Origin: Spongospora subterranea f. sp. subterranea | Lineage: Eukaryota | Direction of reading: 5' to 3' | DNA length: 64,000 nt | Assembly: GCA_049724395.1 (NCBI GenBank) | Contig: JAUGWO010000060.1 | Coordinates: 186,001-250,000, forward strand | Shown: positions 50,055 through 62,679 of the stretch, one piece after another | Numbering within the stretch: the stretch's first letter is position 1 | Layout: the number at the start of each line of letters is the position of its first letter | Made by a program: the position numbers and the translations under genes | The notes under the pieces: model-generated | The model's input: only the letters and a program-made list of their open reading frames with translations | Database searches by the model: none | Told to the model about the DNA's origin: nothing

Positions 50055-53000
50055 ATGCTCCCTGTGACAACTCTCGAGGATGGAAGAATAATGACTGAGG
50101 GGCGTAACGTACAGGGTGATGAGCCCCTGTATGATGTTGATCATAACGTAATGTACTTTACTATTCAAACAAGGAGCTCTTGGCCGGTCGCATTGTCGTC
50201 GGTCTCGGCAGAAAACTGGGACAACTCGATTGAACCGCATACAGCAAGGAAATCGGGACTGCAATACCGAAATTGTTCGCAAGAATACGGTGCTGGTCGG
50301 ATAATCTGGGATTTGATGCGGTTTCTTGTGAACAATTTCGGAACTGTCGGCCTATTCTCCTTCACCAAACCTCTGTCATGTGAAAAATCACCGAAATCAA
50401 CAGCATATGTGGAAGTTGGATCAATAGGGATCAAATTAATAGTACTTGAATGATACTGCATTAATAAACGTGTTATGGACGCAATCAATGACGACCATGA
50501 GCAACCATACATTAAAATCGGAAAGGAAGATGACCAGCCCTGGCAAGAACAGCTCAGAAAAACAGAAGGAATCGGGCTATCCAACCAAATACGACTTCAA
50601 AAAGACGTTATTTCACAGGAAGTTAGTCTTTGTAAGCACTGGTGTTCGGAGGTGCGGTCATTTGTATCGGATATGGTCAACCAGACCAATCAGAATGACA
50701 GCAGCGAATTAGAGATGATAGAGGAGGCCATGGTGGAAATAGATAGGCGCCACGAGCAACAGACTCTGGTTGTGGAAACCATCGCCAGTATTTACGTCGT
50801 GAACGAACGCAAAATGCTGCTGTCGTTGAATCAAGAGAGGCGTATGCTTCTGGAGTTTGCGAGCCTGAACGAGGTCGCCGAAGAGCGTTTGGCATTACAT
50901 AAGCACATCTTTCACTATTTTGACAAACAACGTCGAGATGCGCGACTTCTTTGCGGTCGAATGCCATCCCTACTTCAACACACAGGGAATTTGATGCAGC
51001 TTTCGTGCAATCGCATTTTCAATCAGCAAAGGTGTTCATTAGTGGACAGAATGAAGGAATTAAACCTAGATCAAGACAACGCGTTCCTTCCCAGCGCGAT
51101 CTACACACCGATTCGGTGCAAGGTTTCCCTGAATCCAGAAGATTGTCACGCGTTCATAGTGTTGACCAATTCGGGATTCACAGCGCTACATATGGATCCG
51201 CCAAGCGAATGCCCAAGATGGGGATGTGCCAGAGCCATGGCGACAATTGCGCCATTCCCACGCCATCCGAACCATCGCGCTCGGCGCCTGATAAAAACAA
51301 CGTTGGAGTCGCTGCGAAATCCGTCGCGAGATTTCACAGCTTCAACGTTGGCGGACATGCTCTGGATGTGTCTGCGCTCGATGCATAGCGACACTATGAA
51401 TTCGGAACGAACACAGGAACTTTTAGAGGCCAAGGAGGAAAAGGAGTTGAGCGCGCTTGCGCTTTCGGGCGCGGGCGCATATCATCGCTCAGATACTAGC
51501 CATATCGGTGAAGGACATTCACGACCAGGGCATCATCGCCGATCCAGTTCTCATCGCCTTTCCATGCATCAAGATATGCCCATGTCGAACTTATTCATCA
51601 CGAACGACGCGTCTGGGCAACAGAGCAGCAGTGTCTGGCTGGACCCGGTTAAAGGAGGGTCCCTTCAGGTGCTGCGAATGACTTTAGAGCTGATGGGATA
51701 TCTGACACCGCCCAATCAGCAGCCTCTGGAGCACATCAGCTCGCATCTACAGCTCCGTTCGAGGACGATTGATTTGGTTCAGATGATGGAACAGAAATCT
51801 CAGGCCCACGACCGATTCTATCTCGAGGCCATCGCGACCGGATCCAATTACGATTGGATGATAGGAGTGACCAGCGATACCATCTCTCGGCCTGACTATA
51901 TGGGGCAAGACCGGTTGAGTATGGGCGTTGCCTCTGATGGCAGAGCCTACTTCAACGGCCAGAGCATGATATTCGCGGGCAATATTCGCCCTGGTAATGT
52001 GGTCGGAGTACTCATCGATATGTTCAATGGCGCTTTCGTTCTGTTCAAAGACGGGGTGGAGATCGGGCCGATATTTGGGCGCGGAAGTCGCGCGTTTCCC
52101 GCCGCGATGGTTGATCTGCAAATACAGCTGCTGACCACCGGTGTTCTGATACCAGGACTGGCCATTCGAGGATTACAGCTTGGATCCACGAACTCGGCGT
52201 CGACGAGGCGAAAAAGCAAGAGAGGATCGGGTCTGAATGAGTTTCTGCCCGCTGGAACATCAAGTGCAATTGAGAAGCGGGCACCGCCTCAAGTCAGTAT
52301 CAACTTCGGTCAGCTACCGTTCTCATTTCCGGTCCCAGCGAGCACCCCGGTCGAGAAGTGCCGAGTTGTGGCCAACGAGGCAGACATGATGACGCAAGTT
52401 GACGACGATGTTGTCCTTCAGCCCGTATTACAGGCGTCGGTGCGAAAGGTGGTCACGGAAGGCGATGGCGATATGGGGGCCATGGACGGTGACGAAGAAC
52501 GGTCGCCATTGCGGCCATTGCCGACGCAAGAGTCGTTCCTCAAAGGCATCGATTGTCACGCCCCGATCGCATTCTCCCTGTTCCCACCTGACAATACCAG
52601 AATCCTCCAAGCTGCTATTATTATACAGAAATCAGTACGATCCTTCCTACTCCGGGTGCGACAAGCGTTCTTCCAGCGCGATGTTATTCAAGCGAGAATG
52701 ATCAAGAAAAACGCAGCTATTTTTATACAAAAGACGTTCCGAGGAAATAGATCTCGCAAAATAACGTCCATAGGTATATGGTTTGGTTTTTCACGCCGTA
52801 TAAGCTAACAAGAGTTCGCTAATCAGTTCGTCGCAAGAAAATACCTTATTTGAGAATAATTGAGTTCGCGTTGAGAATCCAGCGCCAATTCCGTTCGTTC
52901 ATGGCAACTCCCTCGTTCAAAAAGCGAAAAGAGGAACGAGACAAAATATCGAAATCTCGTCAGGGACCGCATACTGCATACATTTATGGGAAGTTGGGGG

Positions 53001-53483
53001 GAAATCGGCCTGATCGACTCAAAGTCCTCAACCTGGAGGCGACTAAACTTCAGAAGGTGTGGCGAGGTCAGAAAACATCCCTGTTCCCCCATTCGCCTCC
53101 TAACGATTTTCGCAGGAAAACGAGTACGTGTGGCGTTTTTCAATCAGAACCCTATTGATGCGATTCGTCTCAACAACTTGGGTTTCGCACTTCGATCCCG
53201 GCTCCAAACTCTGCGACTTTTCCTTATCGCTAGGCCTTTCGCACTGGGCTGGCTGGCACGAGTTCGCACGAAAATTCTCAAACGCAATCTGGAAAAAGCC
53301 ATGCGAATCATCGGCCGGTCGATTCGGCAATACATACTACGATCGCGTCTGGACGAGATGATGGACGCGACCTTATCCGAGCCGCTGAAGAAATTCCTCT
53401 ACCTGCTGGGGGTCGACGGCTCATCGCCCAAGAAGGTCGACACCACCGAGCAGAACCTCGTTGCTCAGCCGCCATCGTCATAA
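50055..53483 (+). CDS. SPRY-domain protein with multiple IQ calmodulin-binding motifs, multi-exon
   Basis: FYLEAI...WMIGV...MGQDRLSMG...GNVVGVLIDM...FKDG...INFGQLPF (SPRY); AAIIIQKSVRSFLLR, AAIFIQKTFRGNRSR, ALRIQRQFRSF, ATKLQKVW (IQ). Confidence 0.8.
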
Positions 53484-53499
53484 TATACTTTAGGTCTGT

Positions 53500-54308
53500 A
53501 TAACCGATCCAACTCTTGACCCATCTTTGCCCTTCTCTTAGCAGTCTTTGTTCCTCCCGCTCCATCCTTTTCTCCTCCAGCATGGTTAGCCTCGCCTGAG
53601 ATTTAATAAAGCTTGCAACAGCATCAACCTTTTCGGCGACTTTCGGGGTGCTATTTCGCTCTTTACCCGAAAACTGTTTCAAATCTGGCATCAAACGCGC
53701 CCGTTTTGGGTGGTTCGGTCAAGGAGAAATTACGCATCCAATTGATCTTCCGATTCTGAAATAAATGCTTTAGGAGAAGGAAGAGGGGGTGTTGGGGTTT
53801 TGTTGGGTGGCTTTTCCCAATTATACTCTGGTCTAGGCCGCCGTGTGACACGCTCCACGAAATCATTGGTGTGATGCAATGATGCATTGCTGCCGTCGAT
53901 ACCCGGTGATTCATCAGCACTTCCGTCTTGGCTGATTTTTTGAAGAAACAACGGGGGATATTGAAAAAATCAACACTGACCCGTCAATCCCTACTTCAGC
54001 GATGACAGAAGGTTGGACGTTCTGCCTCGTGTCGATAAGCGAATCCAAGCGCTCATGATAAGGACACATGCGATTTTCTTGAGCCTCGTCTGGTTCGGTT
54101 TAACCGAACCCTGTTTGACTAGTAATCTGAACCCGAATCGTTTATACCGGATTAGACACGCTTCCCAACAGCTTTTGCCTTCACAATCCGACCATTTGAC
54201 TTTGCCGCCTACCAATTTCTTGTTAACAAATTCAGCCAAAGCCCGATATCCGTCGGCATTGGTTAATTTCTGCCCAGCCTGCGTTGACTTGCCCTTTGCC
54301 GCGCTCAT
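53500..54308 (-). pseudogene. Degenerate Myb/SANT (trihelix)-like ORF of the type carried by PIF/Harbinger elements
   Basis: ADGYRALAEFVNKK...KWSDCEGKSCWE..., alternate frame MCPYHERLDSLIDTRQNVQP, coiled-coil tail; frameshifted. Confidence 0.5.
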
Positions 54309-54673
54309 GTGTAAAAGGATCTAACATCACATACGAACGCAGGAATTGTTAATTTTTTCGACGCGTTGAATGTTTCATCATCAATGACGACATGGACGCA
54401 GTCCTGATTGGCAAACCAGAATTATATAGCTTCGTATTGATCCGGATACTATTTTAGAAGAGCGATTAAACGAGATCGAGTCGCGAATTATTGATGTGGA
54501 ATGTGAGGAGAGCACGTCGAACCATAATGGTGCAGTTCCCAACATCCGAAGGTGCAGCATTCCAAATGACGAGATGGAACCGGGATGCGATTATTGTATC
54601 GAGTTCGGAAGTGATGAGAAGGCAGAAATCCATTCCAAAATGAATTAGATGATTCAGAGAGCGCTGAAAACGG

Positions 54674-57356
54674 GTGTTCCAGCGGAACATGAACTGCTTC
54701 TCAACCAAATTGTTTATGAGTTTGAAGACATTTGGAGGTGTAAGCTCGGCAATGATCCCCCGGCTAAAGTCACTCCTATTGAAGCTTCATATCAAACCTG
54801 GCGCTAAGTTTGTCAAATGTCGCGCACGTAGATATGCTCCAGCTCCTGCACATCAAGACTTCATGAGAGAACATACAGCTACTCTGGAGAAGAATGGATT
54901 CGTTATTCGTAATCCTTCTAGTCGTCGCGCATCTGCTGCTTTAGTTATATCAAAGCCGGGTGTCAATGGTTTTCGTTTGACTGTTGACGTCAAAGACGTA
55001 AACCAGGTCATTGAGAGAACTATATGGCCTATGCCCCATATAGATATCATTGATTAACTTACCTCAAGGACGCCCAAATATTTTTTCTGTTAGATTGCTT
55101 CAAAGGGTATTGGCAATTTCCCCTTCATGAAGATTCTCGAGAATGATGCAGTTTTATGACACATGAAGCTGTTCTTACACCAAATAGAATAATCCAAGGT
55201 ATTGTTGATTCCGTATTCGGTTTTCAATCGGGAATGCAAGAAGTCCTGGGTGATCTGGACTACCGTTGCGTTTTGTTATGGATCGATCATTGATGACATA
55301 CTAGGCTACGCTCCCCGATGTTCATCAATATCTTCAAGTTTTAAAGCAAGTTTTGCGTCGGTTACATGCGTTTGGTTATAAAGTGCAATCCAGAGAAGTG
55401 TCACCTTTTTTATTGCAGGTGAAGTGGACTGGTCGAATTATTTTCAAAGAAGGTGTGACATTCGATCCTGAGCTCATTAATTCTCTGGTAGACGTTCCTC
55501 CACCTGTTACGGCTGCAAACCTTCTTGTGTGCAACAAACTGGATGCGGTGTATGATTCCCAAATATGCAGACTTAACCAAACCTTTGCAAAAATCTATTG
55601 GTCACGGCTTCGCGACAAGTTCACAGTCTTAAAAAGAGTTTATTGGGTCGTGCGCCGCTTCAATCTGTTGGATGGGACGAGAATCATCATAACTGCTTCA
55701 AATCGGTAAAAAGTGCTATTACGCGCCTTGTCCAGCTGACACATCCAAGGGATGATTTCATTGTATGCATGTTCCTGGATGCTTGTCAAGATTTTTGAGC
55801 CTATTTCAACTCAAATTCCGGAAGACGATGCTGCGAAAGAAAGTTCCGAGCAACGACATCAACCGTTAGCCTTTCTTAGGGGTTGTTTTAAAGGCAATCA
55901 CCGTTCATGGGCTATCATCGAGAAGGAGGCTTTTCCCATTATCGAAGGGGGATTATGTCTTCAACACTTTCTTCTTCGTTCCAAACCTTTTCGAATTTTT
56001 ACTGATCATAGAAACTTAGCTTATATTTTTGATCCCTATTCCCGTTGCGATTCGGTTAAGCGGCACACGGCAGATAGGTTAGCTCGCTGGGATGCTCAAA
56101 TCAAGGCGATGAATTACATAATTGAACACGTCGATGGTGAACAAAACGTTTGGGCTGATATTGGAGCTCGCTGGGGTTCCATCCATCAAAATCCACGTGC
56201 TGTGATTGCAAAGCGGCTGACTGTTCCTTCTGGTATTGTCTCGCCGTTTATCAGAGGTGACTTTGTGTGGCCGACTCTTCAGGAAATTATTTCATGCCAA
56301 AATGCAAACTTAATGGAACATCATCTTCGAGATAATCATGCAGAGGAATTTCTTTATAGAAACAAATCTTTACACGTTCATCGGAGAATGCGGAATGGAA
56401 AACAGAAGCACAGTTAATATGGATACCCTCCCAACCATTGATGGTCAGAATTTGCATTATAGCTCATTGCGAATTGTCTGATTTGCGTTCATTATCACAC
56501 GCTACTAAAACATAATCCCCTTTGGCATAATCAGGGACTACGGCTCGATGTCGCTTATCTCGGGAAGCAAGCCTTCTGGGAGCGCTTTCGAAAGTTGAAA
56601 AATGCGACCTTTTTGTGCATCTTGCTAAATCAAAGACGACGTGAACCATTTTTTAGAGTTAGTATGCTGTTCTGCTGCCGACCACATCGTTGTCGTTGAT
56701 GCGTTGATGAATTGGATACGCGTTTTGGAATTGCCTCTATTCAGGTTTCAGACCAAGGTAGCCACTTTAAAAATCAGGTGATGGAGGAGTTAACGCAGCG
56801 TTTACATATTAGCGAGATGCACAAAAATGTCGCAGATTTCAACTTTCGAAAGCGCTCCGAGAAGGCTGCTTCCCGAGATAAGCGACATCGAGCCGTAGTC
56901 CCTAATTTTGACAAAGGGGATTATGTTTTAGTAGCCTACGATATTGAACGCAAATCTGGTGGCAAATGCGGGCATTTTGGAAACGACTTCAAGTTATTGT
57001 CGAAATCAAATCCGAATGGCTCTATGCAGTAAAAGATCTGGTAACTGGTGATGTATCTGTTGTGCATTCGCAAAGACTCAGATTCTATGCTGATGCTTCT
57101 TTGAATCTAACTGAAGAGCTACGCGACCAGATTGCTCATGACGGTCAAGGATTTGTATTGGATCATTTACATGATTCGCGGATGGCCACTTTCGGGTTGT
57201 CCTCAAATCTTGGTTTACTGGCAAGGCTTTGAGAATGCGGTTGCAACGTGGGAGACCGAAGAGATCATATTGGCGGATGTGCCGACGTTGGCGAAACGAT
57301 TTTTAAATTCACTCGCCAACTCGGACTTGCAAATGAAGCTCCTTTCTTTAGTTTGA
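54674..57356 (+). mobile_element. Ty3/gypsy pol pseudogene (RT, RNase H, partly deleted integrase, chromodomain)
   Basis: FRLTVDVKDVN, WPMPHID, LDCFKGYWQFPL, disrupted WIDD, WAIIEKEAFPI, FRIFTDHRNLAYI, VSDQGSHFKN, VHSQRLRFYAD, LVYWQGFENAVATWE. Confidence 0.92.
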
Positions 57357-57495
57357 ATAGGGGAATGTAGTCCCAAATGGGCTTGGGCCCCTGAGACCGC
57401 TGCCTACTCCGAGTCCTGTTTTTTTGTAATTAAACCACTTCTTCTTTTTCTTCTAACTGAAGCATAGATCATCAGACCCGGATAAATAAGTACAA
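57357..57495 (+). mobile_element. Polypurine tract and probable start of the 3' LTR
   Basis: ATAGGGGAA immediately followed by TGTAGTCCC right after the pol stop. The LTR end is not resolved. Confidence 0.55.
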
Positions 57496-58399
57496 GTTAA
57501 TTATATTATGTTGATATTAGTTGGTTTTCATTGCTAAACAAGATCAACGCGTTCGTGTCCACTTCCAAGAGTGTGCGTGGGTAGATACGAAGACTGCAGT
57601 CAGGATTGCCAATGAGCTCAAATCCGATCCTGCCTTTGCGGATCATGACTCCAATAGGATCCTTTTTTTGCGACAATCTTGAAGCAGATATTGCCAAAGA
57701 ATTCGTTGATGCAATGAAGCCTATCGGAAGACTTATGTTCTTCCCTCCCAATGTCACAAGGCTACCATCAACTTGGCGTCCAACGGATCGGGACGCGGCC
57801 GACCAGGAGCTAGAATTCAAGACAACAGGCTTCAGCCAGGTAGGAGATTGTCAGCTTGGTCCTACTCTCGGTTGCAGTGGATGCCGGTGCTGGAAGAATG
57901 ATGAAATACCTCATCACTTCTCGCCTGGACAAGCAACTGGAAGATGACGCTGCCTTATGTCAAAATGGATTGACGGCAAATTTACTGCTCGAGAAAGACA
58001 CATCCTCATCCCCAAATCCGATAACTCGGTGTTCTCTGAAGACGACTACGATCAAGAAGGTGATCAGTACAGATTATCAACGCTGACGCCGCGGCGATTG
58101 CCAAGGGTGTTATTACAGTACCGCGTGCCACGATACACGGTCAACCAGTGCCATCAGATTCCGTTGTTGTTCTAATTCAGGACATCCAAGCCGGTGACTT
58201 ACTGGGCAATGATTCGTTTGGAGAACCTGTTGGCCTGGGAGCTTATATCTCAGTTTCTACCAGCTGTTTAAAAAAAAGCGAATATATTTGAGATTATTTT
58301 ATCATCTGTTTGATAAAACATGCAATTATCAGCTTAAAAAAAGTCTGCTTATCAAGACCCTGAAACCATGAAATGGTCTAAGGTCTTCGTCGAAACAGT

Positions 58400-59858
58400 C
58401 GAAAGCATGACGGAATGGTGAAAGGGTTGAGAACCATTCTGCATGAACGTGGCCTGTGGTAAAACTACTTATCAAAAGATTCATCCAAGTTAATACTTGA
58501 GCAGCAACCGGATTTTCAGGCGCAAAAACAATGGATCGTCGAAACAATCGAAAAGCATGGCGGAATGGTAGATTTTCACCCCATTTTCACTGCGAGTTCA
58601 ATTTTTATTGAGATGTATTGGGCTGCGTTCCCTAATGCGGCAAGGTCAATACCACGAGGATTCTGCGGCGTGTGGACTGGATGGCCTGTAGTGGCCCTCA
58701 CAGAAACCCAATACATCTCAATAAAATTGAACTCGCAGTGATATTTGGGGTAAACATCTAACAATTCCGTCATGCTTTTCGACTGTTTCGACGATCCATT
58801 GTTTTTGCGCCTGAAAATCCGGTTGCTGCTCAATATTAACTTGGCTGAATCTTTTGAGAAGTAGTTTTACCACAGACCACGTTCATGCGGAATGGTTCTC
58901 AACCCTTTCTGAACTCCCGCATTCGTCTGCATCCTGGGCGCTGCAGTTTTACGTTCTTTCCACCATCATTCAGGTTCAGAACTTTGGCATTTAACGCGAC
59001 AGGCGGCAATGCTCGATGATTCTGGGAGTTATCGAACATTAGCAGCATTTTGGCTGCAAAATTCGGAAAATTGGAGTTGCGCGTTCTTGGATCTGTTTGA
59101 TCAGGTCTTGGTTTGTCCATAAGCCGTCCGCGTTCTTACCTGGCTTGATAATAACCACAGTTTCAGTAGGAACCAGGGGATTTTTTACTTGATCATTGCC
59201 TGTCAGTTTCATCGGTCCACGCCATTCACAGATGAACTCCGACACCCTAATGCTCCTCCCTTATCGCGTTCCTTTGTTGTCGACATCGTTTGAGGTGCCG
59301 TTTTTGTTTCGATAATAATAACGTATTTGTGTCAATACAACACAATCGGATTCCACGGCAACTTGCCCCGGACGACTCACGCAGTTGACAAAAAATGCGA
59401 CGCAAAATATTTATTCTGCGTGACAGGCGCTCTACAAATATTGCGAACAGATTTGCGCGCACGATGGAGGTTTTTTTTTCCTGCCAAGTTTCAAAAAGGT
59501 CTTCTACGTACCACTCAGTACTCGACCAATGGCTCAATAAAAATTTAACTCTATTTCTATTTGCCTCTCGACGAGATTTACCCGAGAATAAAGCTGTTTG
59601 CATTTTGCATTGCGAGCCCGATACAGTAGCGGACATCTTAACTCTGTACCTACACAGCCTCGCGGAGTCCAATGGCTACGCAACACGGATAAATACACAT
59701 TTTTCAAGTGCGTTTTTCGATTCAGACCTCAATTATCCCCAATTTAGTGTTAAATAGCTCTAGTTCGTGAATAGTGTGATAAATACACACTAATTACGCA
59801 ATTCAGTGTAGTGCTAAATATTCCTTGGTGTAGTGCTAAATATCCCTGCTGACTACTG
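58400..59858 (-). mobile_element. Tc1/mariner-related remnant (same family as 42568-43606) with one TIR and an internal inverted duplication
   Basis: Minus TA|CAGTAGTCAGCAGGGATATTTAGCAC at 59858; VSEFICE, KPGKNADGLW, MFDNSQNH, YPKYHCEFNFIEMYW. Arms ~58420-58622 / ~58707-58909. Confidence 0.8.
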
Positions 59859-60159
59859 TACCTAGCATACCCGGTAGTCAACAGGTATCAAAACTCCGCG
59901 AAATAGGCTAAATATAGGTCTACATAGCATATTTACCATCTAGCCTAACCGTTGGACATGCTCCTGTATGGGGGGACTGTACTTGATAATGAACACTTTA
60001 CGATTGGGCTGCGCTCAGTTTGTATCTGTTACTGTAATTATTAAGAGGGTGCTAGGTAACACCCTTACCTGTGTATTCGCGTCAGAGACAGTATTACCTC
60101 TGAGTCTAGTGACCGATCAGAATTGGGTCGAACGACTGGCGTTCCTGGTGTAGCGCCCG

Positions 60160-62541
60160 ATGACCACGTCGGTGAGCCTGAAAGTGGTCGGATTACCCGG
60201 AAATCATCTGGCCTTTACGAACGCCGTCTTTGTTAATCCACGCCATGGCGCGCTTATTCAACCGACATATAAGGACGGGGCGTTCGTCATGGTTAATGAC
60301 GAGCTGGTCTTTGAAATTCGGTATGCTGATTTCGGGCGATAATTTGTTTTTGTTTTGATAAACCTTAGAGCAATCGAGGACGTCGAGGATGGGTCAATTG
60401 GCTTAAATTCTCTTCAGCGTACTGCTCTCCATGTGTCCCAGTTCGATAACATCTTTGTGAAACCGGTGACAATACCATCAAATGCGAACATGAATCTCAT
60501 TTTCCTTAATCTTGAAATCGCTCCACTGAAGACTGTACGAAACACAATTGATGAAGACGAGTTGATCAAGCATTTTGAAGAAAAAATGCTCTATATGATA
60601 TGGAGCGTCGGGCAGGTCCTCGTCTTGGATTTTTTAGGGATCTCCCTCAGACTCTCCGTGATTGGTCTAGAGATTGCCGACATCGGAGGCGATAAAAATC
60701 GATCTCTAGTTCAATATGGTGTGATTCTAAAAGGAACAACTTCTATTTCTTTTGAAACAAGCAAAAAGGATATGATGCTGACTTTGCAGAAAAGCAGATC
60801 ACAAGCAAGAAGCAACATTTTGAGGCCAAGTTTTAAATTTTCTGACATGGGTATTGGTGGTCTAGACGAAGAATTCGGTCAAATATTTCGACGGGCATTC
60901 GCGTCTCGTACATTCCCTCCAGAAGTCATCGAAAAACTCGGTATATCCCATGTGCGAGGAATGCTGTTGCATGGCCCCCCTGGGACGGGAAAAACTCTGA
61001 TTGCAAGACAGATCGGCAAAATGCTGCATGGGCGTGAGCCTAAGGTTGTCAACGGCCCTGAGATTCTCAACAAATTCGTCGGAGCCTCAGAAGAAAATAT
61101 CCGGAAGCTGTTTGAGGATGCAGAAAATGATTATGCACAAAATGGTGAACACGCCGACCTTCATATAATTATATTTGACGAGATCGATGCGATTTGTAAA
61201 CAACGTGGTTCAACCGGTAGCTCTACTGGCGTCCACGACACAGTCGTCAACCAGTTGCTGAGTAAAATTGATGGTGTCAATTCGCTGAATAATATCCTTG
61301 TAATTGGAATGACCAACAGAAAGGACATGATTGATGAAGCACTACTTCGTCCAGGACGTCTTGAAGTTCACGTGGAGATTGGTCTTCCCGATGAGCAGGG
61401 ACGCTATGATATTCTCATGATTCATACAAAGAGCATGCGTGAAGCGGGTTGCCTTGATGCTGATGTGGACATCAGATCGTTAGCAGTTCGATCGAAAAAT
61501 TTCAGCGGGGCGGAGATAGCTGGCCTCATCAAGAGTGCAACATCGTTTGCATTGTACGGAAACGTGGACATCAAATCCGCTGATACCGTGGCCGTAAATT
61601 CACTCAATGATATTCTCGTCAAGATGCGCCATTTCGATCAGGCTTTAGTGGAAATTGTTCCTGCATTTGGTGTCAGCGAAGACGAATTACAAGCGTGTCT
61701 TCGGAACGGCATTGTCAATTACGGACCACCGTTTGAACGCTTCATGCAAACGTGTTTGTGCTTAGCTGTCGTGTGTGGTGTTTGACTTACTAACCATGTC
61801 TTAGGTAATTCATTTGTCGATCAAATCAAGAATTCCGATAAAACCCCGCTTCTTTCTGTATTATTAAAAGGAAAGATTGCAAGTGGTAAGACGGCAGTTG
61901 CTGCAAGACTGGCTATTACATCTGGTGTTCCATTTATCAAATTGATTACCCCTGACGATTTTGTTGGCGCCTCAGAGAACGAGAAGGTTTCCAAAATTCT
62001 CAAGGTGGGCATAAATGACGTGGGTTTTGTATTTTGATGCTTACTAAAAATTGTGGCGTCATTTCAGGTTTTTAGAGATGCATATAAATCCCCAATTAGC
62101 ATCATTATCTTAGACAACATTGAACGCTTGCTCGAATATACACGTATTGGGCCAAGATTTTCTAATAATGTTCTGCAGTCCTTGCTTGTTTTACTGAAAA
62201 AGGTTCCTCCTAGCGCCAAGCGCCGGCTTTTGATTATTGGAACAAGCAGCAACTATGATGTCTTGGAAGAAATGCAATTCGGGCAATCGTTTGATGTTAT
62301 ATTAGACGTTCCGCAGATACAAAACGGTGACGAAGTGAGCCGAATACTACAAGAAATGGGCACTTCAGTTGATGAATTGGAAGAGGACCATATTGTCCGA
62401 TCGATCCGGTATCCCATCGGCATCAAGACATTGCTGCTTGTTATCGAAATGACACTGCAAGCTGGAGATGGCAAGCTTCTCAACAGTAATTTTGTCAAAT
62501 GTCTTCACGACTGCAATATTGGAGCCGTACCAATATGTTAA
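60160..62541 (+). CDS. NSF: Vesicle-fusing AAA ATPase NSF/Sec18, 4 exons
   Basis: LAFTNAVFV, MGIGGLDEEFGQIFRRAFASR, GPPGTGKTLIARQIG, LHIIIFDEIDAICKQRG, GPRFSNNVLQ. Confidence 0.97.
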
Positions 62542-62679
62542 AAAGTTAATTTAAGTAAAGGGTTAGAGATTCATACACGAAACAGAATTTGCGGAGTTGG
62601 GGTAAAAATATGTATGCTTCTCACACTGATGCAAAACTAGGAAACAAACATTCTATAAAGTTATTGACATTGTTAATCA

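Noticed and set aside
57506..58330. Short ORFs after the LTR
   Set aside because: Fragmented, with no recognisable domain.
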